A stretch of 64,000 nt of DNA from assembly GCA_002995645.1 (NCBI GenBank), contig PUHO01000017.1, positions 918 to 64,917 of the forward strand, written 5' to 3'. Below the pieces are notes generated by a model. That model searched no databases, had not been told where the DNA came from, and saw nothing but the letters and a program-made list of their open reading frames with translations. This DNA is from SAR324 cluster bacterium. GTDB taxonomy: Bacteria; SAR324; XYD2-FULL-50-16; HCM1. The translations under genes were made by a program, and so were the position numbers. This document shows, piece after piece, positions 1-9,982 of this stretch (within the stretch, counting starts at the first letter, position 1; the number at the start of each line of letters is the position of its first letter).

Positions 1-1136
1 AATTGATTTTCACTTAAACTTGTTAATCCGTTTTCTTCTAGAGATTGAACGCATTTAGCAACATGGCTAGCATCAATATTAGCTTCTTTAAAACTGCAAG
101 GCATTTGTAAAGAACGAAAGAAATCTTCTAAAGCAGTAATAGCCGCTTTAGCTTGTTCTTCTTGCGTTGGTTTTTCTATTTTGAAAACGCGCGACGCTAA
201 TTGAGCTAATTTTTCTTTTTTATGTTCAAAATTGACTTTTAAATTAGCCGGTAGAAGAATAGACAAAGTGACGCCGTGATCTAATCCGCTTGAAGCAGTC
301 AATTCATGTCCTAACATATGAGTTGACCAATCTTGTAACACCCCGGTAGCGATAAAGCCGTTTAACGCCATTGTGGCGGCGTACATAATATTAGCACGAC
401 AATTATAGTTAGTAAGGTTGTCGCCTTCAAAAACGCGCGCACCTTCTTCTATTAAAACACGAAGCAATCCTTCTGACCATTCGTCTTGTACTTTTGCTTG
501 TTCGTTACGTGTTAAATATTGCTCTATAACATGGATAAAAGCGTCAACAATACCGTTTGCTACTTGTTTCTTAGGTAAAGTATAGGTTAGCGTTGGATCT
601 AGTATAGAGAATTGAGGATATATTAAAGACAAATTCCCATCTCGTTTTTTTTGTATAGATCGTCTTGAAATAACAAAATTAGCGTTCATTTCCGATCCGG
701 TTGCTGGTAAAGTCATAATACTGGCTAAAGGCATTGCTGTTTTGCATAAATGATATTTCCCTTCTTCAAGCAATTCTTGCCATGCATCAGTTATATTATT
801 TTCTTTTGCCGCCATAAGTGCGGTGAACTTGGTAGCATCTAGAACCGATCCCCCACCAACGGCAAGAAGGAAGGTAACCTTTTCTTTATGGATTTTTTCT
901 GTAGCGGCAACGCAAGAATCATAATCTGGATTCGCAACTATACCGCCAAACTCAACGATATCATGCTTATGTAATGCTTTTCTTACTTGTTCCATTATGC
1001 CGTTTTTAGACAATACAAAATCACCGCCGTATAAAATCATTACTTTTTCTGATGCTGGAATGAGGTTAGCAAGTTGTTGAATTTGGTTTTCGCCAAAAAG
1101 TAATTTAGTTGGATTATAAAATTCAAAATTATTCAT
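1..1136 (-). CDS. iron-containing (group III) alcohol dehydrogenase, YqhD/butanol-dehydrogenase-like; C-terminus cut by the window edge
   Basis: Not in the ORF track because it is open at the window edge. My translation of the minus strand from ATG 1136..1134 gives MNNFEFYNPTKLLFGENQIQQLANLIP...KVTFLLAVGGGSVLDATKF...TLPATGSEMN. This shows the GGGS dinucleotide-binding motif and the general Fe-ADH family pattern. Confidence 0.75.
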   Translation of the reverse strand, partial: MNNFEFYNPTKLLFGENQIQQLANLIPASEKVMILYGGDFVLSKNGIMEQVRKALHKHDIVEFGGIVANPDYDSCVAATEKIHKEKVTFLLAVGGGSVLDATKFTALMAAKENNITDAWQELLEEGKYHLCKTAMPLASIMTLPATGSEMNANFVISRRSIQKKRDGNLSLIYPQFSILDPTLTYTLPKKQVANGIVDAFIHVIEQYLTRNEQAKVQDEWSEGLLRVLIEEGARVFEGDNLTNYNCRANIMYAATMALNGFIATGVLQDWSTHMLGHELTASSGLDHGVTLSILLPANLKVNFEHKKEKLAQLASRVFKIEKPTQEEQAKAAITALEDFFRSLQMPCSFKEANIDASHVAKCVQSLEENGLTSLSENQ

Positions 1137-1258
1137 AAAAGACCTCTAAATAAATTTATATTAGTTAGTTTAAGTATGATTTACAAACAAACGCAGTCAT
1201 GTTTATAGTAATAAAGGTTTATACTTTTGTCAATTAAAAAATAATAACTATTGTAAGA

Positions 1259-1960
1259 TTACCAATATAATTGACGTTCTTCCCAATTATCTTTTTCCGG
1301 ACATTCTTGTATTGCTTTTTTGAGTATAGTAATAAAACTAAATTTATCTATTTCTTTTGCGCCCATACTTGCTAAATGGGAGGTGTACATTTGACAATCT
1401 ATAATGCGATATTGCTTTTGTGTTAGCATTTTTCCAAGTAAGGCTAAACAAACTTTAGAGGCGTTAGATACATGGGAAAACATAGACTCGCCAAAGAAAC
1501 AACGGTGTAAACATACGCCGTATAAACCGCCGACTAATTTACCGCCCTGCCATGCTTCTATAGAATGAGCATAACCTTGCTTGTGTAGCTCTATATACGC
1601 TTTTTGCATTTCCGGAAGAATCCAAGTGTCTTCTTGCCCTTTTCTTGGCGTGTTAGCACAATGTTGTAAAACTTCTTGAAAATTTTTGTTTATTGTAATT
1701 TCAAAACTATGATTTTTAAGAATACGGAGCAAGCTTTTAGAAATATGAATTGTATCAGGATAAAAGCACATACGAAGCGGCGGCGACCACCATAAAATAG
1801 GCGTATCTTTACTATACCAAGGGAAAATGCCTTGTTTATAGGCTGTAAGTATACGTTCTATTGCTAAGTCTCCGCCAATAGCGAGTAATCCGTCTTTATT
1901 TGCCATCTCGACAGGTGGAAAATCATAGCTAGTTTCAGAAAGAAAAAACGGCAATAACAT
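1259..1960 (-). CDS. aat: leucyl/phenylalanyl-tRNA--protein transferase
   Basis: ORF 1259..2035 shows the Aat pattern (GLLAIGGDL, GIFPWY, PILWWSP, GESMFS, NASK). I moved the start to the internal ATG at 1960 (MLLPFF...). The upstream 25 codons lie in decayed repeat sequence, and E. coli-type Aat is about 234 aa. Confidence 0.85.
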   Translation of the reverse strand: MLLPFFLSETSYDFPPVEMANKDGLLAIGGDLAIERILTAYKQGIFPWYSKDTPILWWSPPLRMCFYPDTIHISKSLLRILKNHSFEITINKNFQEVLQHCANTPRKGQEDTWILPEMQKAYIELHKQGYAHSIEAWQGGKLVGGLYGVCLHRCFFGESMFSHVSNASKVCLALLGKMLTQKQYRIIDCQMYTSHLASMGAKEIDKFSFITILKKAIQECPEKDNWEERQLYW

Positions 1961-2610
1961 AAGAAGAGAAAAATAATATTGATTTATGTTTATTTTTAAG
2001 ATAAAATGAAGAAAAACTTTATTTGCTTTACACAAAGTAATTGAGTTTTAAGCTATCTTATTCTATACTTAATATCTACTTTATACAATGTTGTATGATA
2101 TAAGTATACGCTTTATTGCTAAGTCTCTGCTAATAGCAAGCCGTCTTTAATTGTCTTTACAACTAATTAAGAATTCATAATCCATATTAGAAAGCAAACG
2201 ACAATTAAAACAAGAAAAAATAATATTGATTTATATTTATTTTTAAGATAGAATGAAGAAAAACTTTATTTGCTTTACACAAAGTAATTGAGTTTTAAGC
2301 TATCTTATTCTATACTTAATATCTACTTTATACAATGTCGTATGATATAAGTATACGCTTTATTGCTAAGTCTCTGCTAATAGCAAGCCGTCTTTAATTG
2401 TCTTTATCCATTGGTTAGAAAACCATTATTTACTTCAAAAAGAAAAAGACAATAACACAGAAAAAAAGAAGATAAATAATAATATTGATTTATTTTTGTT
2501 TTTAAGATACGATAATACTCAAACTCTATTTGCTTTTGATAAAGTAATTAATTTTTAAACTATCTAACTTTATACTTGATATCTATCTTTTATACAAAAG
2601 AATATATTTT
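1849..2610. repeat. tandem triplication (about 250-bp period) of the aat 5' end plus its upstream region
   Basis: Units start at 1849, 2104 and 2351 (motif GTATACG(T/C)T(C/T)TATTGCTAAGTCTC...). Unit 1 is the real aat 5' end. Units 2 and 3 are progressively decayed, and their aat N-terminal coding part is frameshifted. Confidence 0.85.
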
Positions 2611-2708
2611 TAAATTAAAAAAATTAAATGTAATTAATACAAATTAGCTAAAACAATCATAAGTATAAATATGTTATAGTAATTATAATTAAAATAAGGA
2701 GAATTTTT

Positions 2709-3998
2709 ATGAATGGAAAATTAACGTTTGGAGATAAAAGTATTGATTTGCCTATTATTGAAGGAACGGAAAAAGAAAAAGCAATTGATATAGGAAAATT
2801 GCGTTCTACTACGGGATTAATTACTTTAGACAGCGGGTATTCTAACACAGGCTCTGCAAAAAGTAAAATTACCTATTTAAATGGAGAAGAAGGTATCTTG
2901 CGACATCGTGGATATCGTATTGAAGATTTAGCGTTAAATTGTACTTTTCTAGAAGTGGCTTACCTTGTGATTTTTGGAGATTTACCATCAAAAGAAAAAC
3001 TAGACAATTTTTCTGAACGCGTTATGCGTCACGCTTTAATTGACGAGCGTATTAAAGACGTGTTTAAAGCGTTCCCTTTAGCAACGCACCCTATGGCTCT
3101 TTTAGAAGCAACAACAGTGGCTTTATCTGCTTTTTATTCGTCAAGTGAAGTATACGGCAAAGATACAAAAGACGATTTAGAAAGAAATATTTTTCGTCTT
3201 CTTGGAAAGTTGCCGAGCTTAGTAGCCTATAGTTATAAGAAAAAAAGAGGTTTGCCTTATGCGTATCCTAATACGGATTTGAATTATGTTGAGAACTTTT
3301 TGCAAATGGTTTTCAATGTTCCTACTAGGAAGTATAATTCTAATCCATTATTCAGAGAAGCAATTGAAAAATTACTTATTTTACATGTTGATCATGAATT
3401 AAATTGCTCTACGTCAACAGTACGTATGATTGGTAGCAGTGAAGCTAATTTATATTCTTCTATTTCCGGCGGTATTAGTGCTTTATCCGGTGCTCTGCAC
3501 GGTGGCGCAAACCAAGCCGTACTAGAAATGTTAGAACAAATCTACCAACAAGGCGGTAATATTAAAATGTTTATCGAACGTGCTAAAGATAAAAATGATT
3601 CGTTTAAACTAATGGGATTTGGTCATCGTGTATATAAAAACTTTGATCCACGAGCGGTTATTGTAAAAGATCTTTGTCGTACTATTTTGAAAGAACAAGC
3701 TGAGAATAATCCTTTATTTGATCTAGCTTTAGAGTTAGAAGAACAAGCCTTGCAAGATAGCTATTTTCAAGAAAGAAAATTATATCCAAACATTGACTTT
3801 TATTCCGGTCTTATTTATAAGGCAATGGGCTTTTCAAATGATATGTTTACGGCGTTGTTTGTTGTAGGTAGGCTTCCGGGCTGGATTGCTCATTGGGTTG
3901 AAATGCGTAACGATCCACACAGTCGTATTGATAGACCAAGGCAAGTTTACACAGGCGCTACAGAAAGGAAGTTTACTCCTATTAAGGAGCGAAGTTAG
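2709..3998 (+). CDS. gltA: citrate synthase
   Basis: 429-aa ORF with AAGGAG 8 nt upstream of the ATG. Contains the citrate synthase signature GFGHRVYKNFDPRA and the HVDHELNCSTSTVR block. Confidence 0.95.
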   Translation: MNGKLTFGDKSIDLPIIEGTEKEKAIDIGKLRSTTGLITLDSGYSNTGSAKSKITYLNGEEGILRHRGYRIEDLALNCTFLEVAYLVIFGDLPSKEKLDNFSERVMRHALIDERIKDVFKAFPLATHPMALLEATTVALSAFYSSSEVYGKDTKDDLERNIFRLLGKLPSLVAYSYKKKRGLPYAYPNTDLNYVENFLQMVFNVPTRKYNSNPLFREAIEKLLILHVDHELNCSTSTVRMIGSSEANLYSSISGGISALSGALHGGANQAVLEMLEQIYQQGGNIKMFIERAKDKNDSFKLMGFGHRVYKNFDPRAVIVKDLCRTILKEQAENNPLFDLALELEEQALQDSYFQERKLYPNIDFYSGLIYKAMGFSNDMFTALFVVGRLPGWIAHWVEMRNDPHSRIDRPRQVYTGATERKFTPIKERS

Positions 3999-4021
3999 TT
4001 TTTTTCCTGTTATGTGATAAG

Positions 4022-4052
4022 AAGGCTTACAATAAAAAGTAAGCCTTTTTTA
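4022..4052 (+). terminator. rho-independent terminator after gltA
   Basis: AAGGCTTAC-aataaaaa-GTAAGCCTT followed by TTTTATT, about 24 nt after the gltA stop. Confidence 0.8.
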
Positions 4053-4073
4053 TTATGTAAATTTATTTATGTT

Positions 4074-4268
4074 TTATAAAACAACACCTTCAAGGGCAAG
4101 CAACGTAGCTTTAATATTTAGGGCTTTTAGATTCCTACCTTGTATAAATCCGCCAAGTGATTTATTAGCTTGTATCACTCTGTGACAAGGAATAAAAATA
4201 GGTAATTGATTATGTCCGTTTGCATTGCCTATAGCTCTTGCCGCATTCTTTTTATATCCTATAGACAA
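4074..4268 (-). pseudogene. 3' fragment of ogt (tandem duplicate of the C-terminal about 64-75 codons)
   Basis: The 64-aa ORF MSIGYKKNAARAIGNANGHNQLPIFIPCHRVIQANKSLGGFIQGRNLKALNIKATLLALEGVVL differs at only 3-4 residues from the C-terminus of the full-length neighbour at 4341..4865. The N-terminal domain is absent. The DNA of 4072..4303 repeats 4339..4570. Confidence 0.8.
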
Positions 4269-4340
4269 GGCAACTTCACCGTAAGTCTGTATTGAAATAG
4301 GCTTCCTTCTTATATAAATCCGCCAAGTGATTTACCTGTT

Positions 4341-4865
4341 TTATAAAACAACACCTTCAAGGGCAAGCAACGTAGCTTTAATATTTAGGGCTGTTTTGTT
4401 CCTACCTTGTATAAATCCGCCAAGTGATTTATTAGCTTGTATCACTCTGTGACAAGGAATAAAAATAGGTAAGTTATTATGTCCGTTTGCATTGCCTATA
4501 GCTCTTGCCGCATTCTTTTTATATCCTATAGACAAGGCAACTTCACCGTAAGTCTGTATTGTTCCATAGGGAATAGTAGTTAATGCTTGAAAAACTTTCT
4601 GTTGAAATACGCTTCCTTGTATTTTTAAATTTAAAGAAAACTGTTTTCTTTTACAGTCAAAATATTCTTGTAACTGTTGCTTAGCTTTTATTAGTAATGT
4701 TGTTTCTTTTTTTTCTAAGTTGAAAGGAATCGATTCTATTTTTGTAACTGCTAAGAAAAATAGATTTGTAATTTGTGCTTCTTTTTCTAAGATAGCTAGT
4801 TGACCAACAGGGGAGTCTAACGTTTGATATAGGTAGGTTGGTGCTGCCTTAGACTTGAGCGACAT
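4341..4865 (-). CDS. ogt: methylated-DNA--protein-cysteine methyltransferase
   Basis: 174-aa ORF with the PCHRV active-site motif (IPCHRVI) and the MGMT DNA-binding domain pattern (YGEVA...GNANGHN). Confidence 0.9.
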   Translation of the reverse strand: MSLKSKAAPTYLYQTLDSPVGQLAILEKEAQITNLFFLAVTKIESIPFNLEKKETTLLIKAKQQLQEYFDCKRKQFSLNLKIQGSVFQQKVFQALTTIPYGTIQTYGEVALSIGYKKNAARAIGNANGHNNLPIFIPCHRVIQANKSLGGFIQGRNKTALNIKATLLALEGVVL

Positions 4866-6603
4866 GCGTTTGATGTAATAAAAGGGTACGGTTGTATTCT
4901 TTGATTACTTCTTTATGGTGAACTAATCCAATAACCCGCTTGTTTTCTATTGAATCGACAACAGGAATAACGGCAAACTCTTTTAATTGAAAAACTTGCA
5001 CCGCTTTTTTTAGTGATACGTTAGGGAGAAAATAAACTAAGTCTGGGCTAACGATCTCTTTAAGAATACATAAATCACCAAGATACTTTTCATGAAAAAG
5101 AATTTGACGTACATGCCGAAACGACAACATACCTGTTAATTCTTGGTTATGGTCAACACAAGGATAATATTCATATTGAGAGTTACTTAGAATAGAGATA
5201 AATTCTCGTAAAGTTGTATTTTCCGGCATGACGTGAAAGTCATCATGAATCAAACTAGTAATAGTTTTATCTGCAAGTAAATGCTCTATTTTTTCACCGT
5301 GAAGGTGAATGCCTTGTTTAGCTAATCCGTACGTATCAAGCGATTCAGGGCAAAAATGAGAGGCAATAATTAAACCGATAACCGAACTAAACATAATTGG
5401 CAAAATAACGACGTAATTATTAGTAATCTCAAATAATAAGAATATAGCCGTCATAGGGGCATGTGTGGCAGCAGCTAGAAAGGATCCCATTCCAACAAGG
5501 GCATAGGATTCAGGCGTAATATGCCAAGCCGGGAAGAACATATTAATAGAAGCCCCAAAAGCGGCACCAATCGTTGCGCCAATAACAAGAGACGGAGCAA
5601 ACATACCTCCCACCCCGCCAGATCCTAGCGTTATGCTTGTTGCGATAATTTTCAAGATAATGAGCAAAAAGAAAACAGAGGCAGTAAATTTCATTGGTGA
5701 ACTTAAAGCGGCATGGATAACATCGTACCCTTCGCCAATCGCACTATGATGTATTAAACCAATACAACCAACGCATAAACCACCGATAACTGGTTTAAGA
5801 TGTTTATTAATCGGTAGTTTAGTAAAAAAGCCTTCTGTAAAATAGTAAAAGCGAATAAAAATAAAAGCTATTATACCAATAATAATACCGAGAATACTAT
5901 ATAAAGCAAGTTCGTAATAGGAATGAAAAGAATAGGTTACTGAACCGAATAAAGGTGCCGATGAGTAGTATATACGGGAAATAGCCGTTCCTATACCGGA
6001 AGAAATAACAATCATGGCAAACGTATTCATTTGCAACGGTTGGATAATAACGATTTCTTGAGCAAAAAGAACGCCGGCAATAGGTGCGTTAAATTGAGCG
6101 CCAATACTAGCGGCAACCCCGCAAGCAATTAACATTTTAACACGGTTTGTTCCGGCTTTGAAAAAACTACCTGTAACAGAACCAACAGTCCCGCCAATTT
6201 GAGCAATAGGACCTTCTACCCCTGCCGATCCGCCTGTGGCAATGGTTAAGATAGAAGTTATAATTTTAATAGGAATATTTCTTATTTTTAACGTAGCACC
6301 GCGAAAGTGAATATTCATTAAAAATCTAGGCATTCCAAAACCGTGAATTTCCGAAGGATAGCGAAGCGCAAAAGGAAGTAGACACAAACCGCCAAGAGCG
6401 GGAACAAGAACAAGAAGAAAAGGCGAATAGTGTGCAAGCCAGGTTTCAATAGTATGGTGTACGAAATGAGAAGCAGAATGTAAGGCAAAATGAAAGAAGA
6501 CAGAAATAAAACCGGCGGTAATTCCAATAAATGAGGCGATAATAACGTCGCCTAGCATTTTATTAAAGTATAATTTTTTAAGAAGAATTTTAATAATGAA
6601 CAT
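4849..6603 (-). CDS. ClC-family voltage-gated chloride channel with C-terminal CBS pair
   Basis: 584-aa polytopic ORF with ClC selectivity-filter-like motifs (GGSAGVEGP, GGMFAPSL). The C-terminal about 150 aa look like tandem CBS domains. It overlaps the ogt start by 17 nt. Confidence 0.85.
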   Translation of the reverse strand: MFIIKILLKKLYFNKMLGDVIIASFIGITAGFISVFFHFALHSASHFVHHTIETWLAHYSPFLLVLVPALGGLCLLPFALRYPSEIHGFGMPRFLMNIHFRGATLKIRNIPIKIITSILTIATGGSAGVEGPIAQIGGTVGSVTGSFFKAGTNRVKMLIACGVAASIGAQFNAPIAGVLFAQEIVIIQPLQMNTFAMIVISSGIGTAISRIYYSSAPLFGSVTYSFHSYYELALYSILGIIIGIIAFIFIRFYYFTEGFFTKLPINKHLKPVIGGLCVGCIGLIHHSAIGEGYDVIHAALSSPMKFTASVFFLLIILKIIATSITLGSGGVGGMFAPSLVIGATIGAAFGASINMFFPAWHITPESYALVGMGSFLAAATHAPMTAIFLLFEITNNYVVILPIMFSSVIGLIIASHFCPESLDTYGLAKQGIHLHGEKIEHLLADKTITSLIHDDFHVMPENTTLREFISILSNSQYEYYPCVDHNQELTGMLSFRHVRQILFHEKYLGDLCILKEIVSPDLVYFLPNVSLKKAVQVFQLKEFAVIPVVDSIENKRVIGLVHHKEVIKEYNRTLLLHQTHVAQV

Positions 6604-6613
6604 AGTTTCTCGC

Positions 6614-7456
6614 TTATGCTGTCAGCCTTCCTTGAAATACTTCGGTAGCTGATCCTTCTTTTGAAATTGAATCTTTGCCGTTCCAAGTGATTGTTAAATC
6701 TCCGCCGGTTAAAGAAACGCGTACTGGAGAAATTAATTTTTTTGTACGTATGCCAACGGCAACTGCTGCGCAAGCAGCACTCCCGCAAGCCCAAGTTTCG
6801 CCGCTGCCTCGTTCCCACGTCCTTTGTTTAATATGTTGTTCGTTTATTATTTCAATAAACGCTACGTTTGTTTTTTTAATAAAAATGGGATCCTTTTCAA
6901 TAATAGGACCGTACGTAGTAACAGGATAGGATTGTAGGTCTTTAACAAACGTAATAGTATGTGGATTCCCCATAGACGCAAAAGAAACTTGTAAAGGTGA
7001 ATCAATACCTTGAAAAGAAATTGGTTGTTCTATTGTTTCTTGCTGTTGGTTATTTGCTACAGACGAAGCAAGAAAAGAAGGGATTCCCATTTGTACTTTA
7101 ATCTTGTTTACAGGTAAAGTTGTGTCTGTTGTTTCCATGGTGATAATGCCGGCAAGTGTAGCAACGGAAATAGGTGCTAAAGGTGCTAATTTTCTATCCC
7201 ACAAATATTTGCCAACACAACGAAGCGCGTTGCCGCAAGTTTCGGCAATACTGCCGTCTGCGTTATAGATTTGCATTTCCCATTTGGCTAGCTTTGTTTG
7301 GATAGGATTAATAAGCACAATGCCGTCTGCTCCTACGCCGTATCTTCTATGGCTAATTTTTTTTGCTAAAGAAGATACGTTTTCTTTACTTTGATGATAA
7401 TCGTATATATAAATATAATCGTTACCAAGACCGTGCATTTTTGTAAATGAAATCAT
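6614..7456 (-). CDS. dapF: diaminopimelate epimerase
   Basis: 280 aa. Contains HGLGNDYIY, the catalytic Cys motifs CGNALRC and ACGSAACA, and SMGNPH. Confidence 0.9.
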   Translation of the reverse strand: MISFTKMHGLGNDYIYIYDYHQSKENVSSLAKKISHRRYGVGADGIVLINPIQTKLAKWEMQIYNADGSIAETCGNALRCVGKYLWDRKLAPLAPISVATLAGIITMETTDTTLPVNKIKVQMGIPSFLASSVANNQQQETIEQPISFQGIDSPLQVSFASMGNPHTITFVKDLQSYPVTTYGPIIEKDPIFIKKTNVAFIEIINEQHIKQRTWERGSGETWACGSAACAAVAVGIRTKKLISPVRVSLTGGDLTITWNGKDSISKEGSATEVFQGRLTA

Positions 7457-7540
7457 ATAATCTATAACTTGCGAAAAGAAATTAATTTAGTAGTTGTAGT
7501 ATACATGGTGTTGATATTTAAATCTACAATTATTTTATAT

Positions 7541-7578
7541 TAAAAAAAAGCTTACTCATAATGTGTTAAGAGTAAGCT
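7541..7578 (-). terminator. rho-independent terminator after gap
   Basis: The minus strand reads AGCTTACTC-ttaacacattat-GAGTAAGCT followed by TTTTTTTT, about 25 nt downstream of the gap stop. Confidence 0.8.
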
Positions 7579-7602
7579 TATAAAGGGTATTTCAATTAAT
7601 AA

Positions 7603-8724
<1,122 letters not shown>

Positions 8725-8776
8725 TTATGCAAAGCTTAAAATTAGGTATTTTTTATTGTGTATTCTCGTTGTAAAA

Positions 8777-9868
8777 TTACGATGCCGTTGTGTAGGTTGT
8801 GTACCCTTTTGCAGTGCCACCAAAAAAAGTTGAGTCATCTGCTTGTGATAGTGGAATATCGTTTTCTAAACGGTAAGGTAAATCTGGATTTGCAATATAA
8901 GCACGTCCAAAACCAATTAAATCAGCATAGCCTTTTGCAAGAATCTGCGTTGCTTTTGCTTTGTCATATACGCCGGCAACAATAATAGGGTGCTTAAAAT
9001 TAGCTCGTGCTTGTTGGCGAAATGATTCAGGAATAACAGGCGCTTCGTCCCAATCGGCTTCGGCAATATGAAGGTAAGCAATGCCTTTATTATCAGAAAA
9101 CTTGATTACTTCTTGTATGGTATCTAAAATATCAGGTGAATTCATGCCTTGCCCTTTGAAAAACGGTGCAACACGTAGCCCAATGCGATCAAATCCAATA
9201 GCTTCGCCGATCGCGGTGATGATTTCTTTCACAAAACGCGTCTTGTTTTCTATACTGCCGCCGTATTCGTCTGTTCGTTGATTAGAAATATCACGCATAA
9301 ATTGATCGACTAAATAGCCGTTTGCTCCGTGTATTTCAATACCGTCAAAGCCGGCTTTTATTGCATTTATTGCCGCTTGTTTGAAATCGTTAACAATATT
9401 CTTAATATCTTGTTTTGTTGCTTCTCGTGGCGTTACACAAGGAAGCATAGCGCCTTCTTGCTTTGCTTCGTCATAATGCCAAATAGCGCCTTGAAAAGGA
9501 ATAGCAGAAGGAGCTAACGGCGCGTTGCCGTTATGAAAAACAGGGTGCGAAACACGACCGGTATGCCATATTTGTAAGAAAATAGGTGTGTCTTTACTGT
9601 GTACCGCAGAGGTTACTTTTTTCCAGCCTTCAATTTGTTCGTTAGTATAGATGCCCGGTGAAAAAGAATAGCCTTTGCCGTCTTGTGTAATATCACACGC
9701 TTCGGCAATAATAAGCCCGGCTGTGGTTCTTTGCGTATAATATTCTGCCATTAAGCTATTAGGGACGTCGCCAGGTTGCGAAGTACGGCAGCGAGTCATA
9801 GGGGGAAGGACAATACGATTGGAAAGCGTTTTGTTTCCTAAGTTTACAGTATCAAATAAAGTAGCCAT
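8777..9868 (-). CDS. NADH:flavin oxidoreductase, Old Yellow Enzyme family (NemA-like)
   Basis: OYE pattern (LPPMTRCR, HGANGYLVDQF, RTDEYGGS). The start is set at ATG 9868, 8 nt after GGAG, rather than the TTG at 9874 used by the ORF track. Confidence 0.85.
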   Translation of the reverse strand: MATLFDTVNLGNKTLSNRIVLPPMTRCRTSQPGDVPNSLMAEYYTQRTTAGLIIAEACDITQDGKGYSFSPGIYTNEQIEGWKKVTSAVHSKDTPIFLQIWHTGRVSHPVFHNGNAPLAPSAIPFQGAIWHYDEAKQEGAMLPCVTPREATKQDIKNIVNDFKQAAINAIKAGFDGIEIHGANGYLVDQFMRDISNQRTDEYGGSIENKTRFVKEIITAIGEAIGFDRIGLRVAPFFKGQGMNSPDILDTIQEVIKFSDNKGIAYLHIAEADWDEAPVIPESFRQQARANFKHPIIVAGVYDKAKATQILAKGYADLIGFGRAYIANPDLPYRLENDIPLSQADDSTFFGGTAKGYTTYTTAS

Positions 9869-9982
9869 TTGCAAATCTCCAAAATTATGCGTTTAATCAA
9901 GTTGCAGTAGCTTATCTATTACGAATGATGTAAGCCACTAGTATTATATTAGCATAAAAATAAGAAAAAACAAATAGCAAAA

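Noticed and set aside
1961-2035. N-terminal 25-codon extension of the aat ORF (MCKANKVFLHFILKININQYYFSLL)
   Set aside because: It lies in the decayed tandem-repeat sequence and has no counterpart in Aat proteins. The internal ATG at 1960 gives the expected length.
6552-6929. ORFs 6552..6818 (-) and 6675..6929 (+) overlapping dapF
   Set aside because: They overlap the clearly conserved dapF reading frame, and their Arg/Cys-rich compositions are typical of out-of-frame translation.
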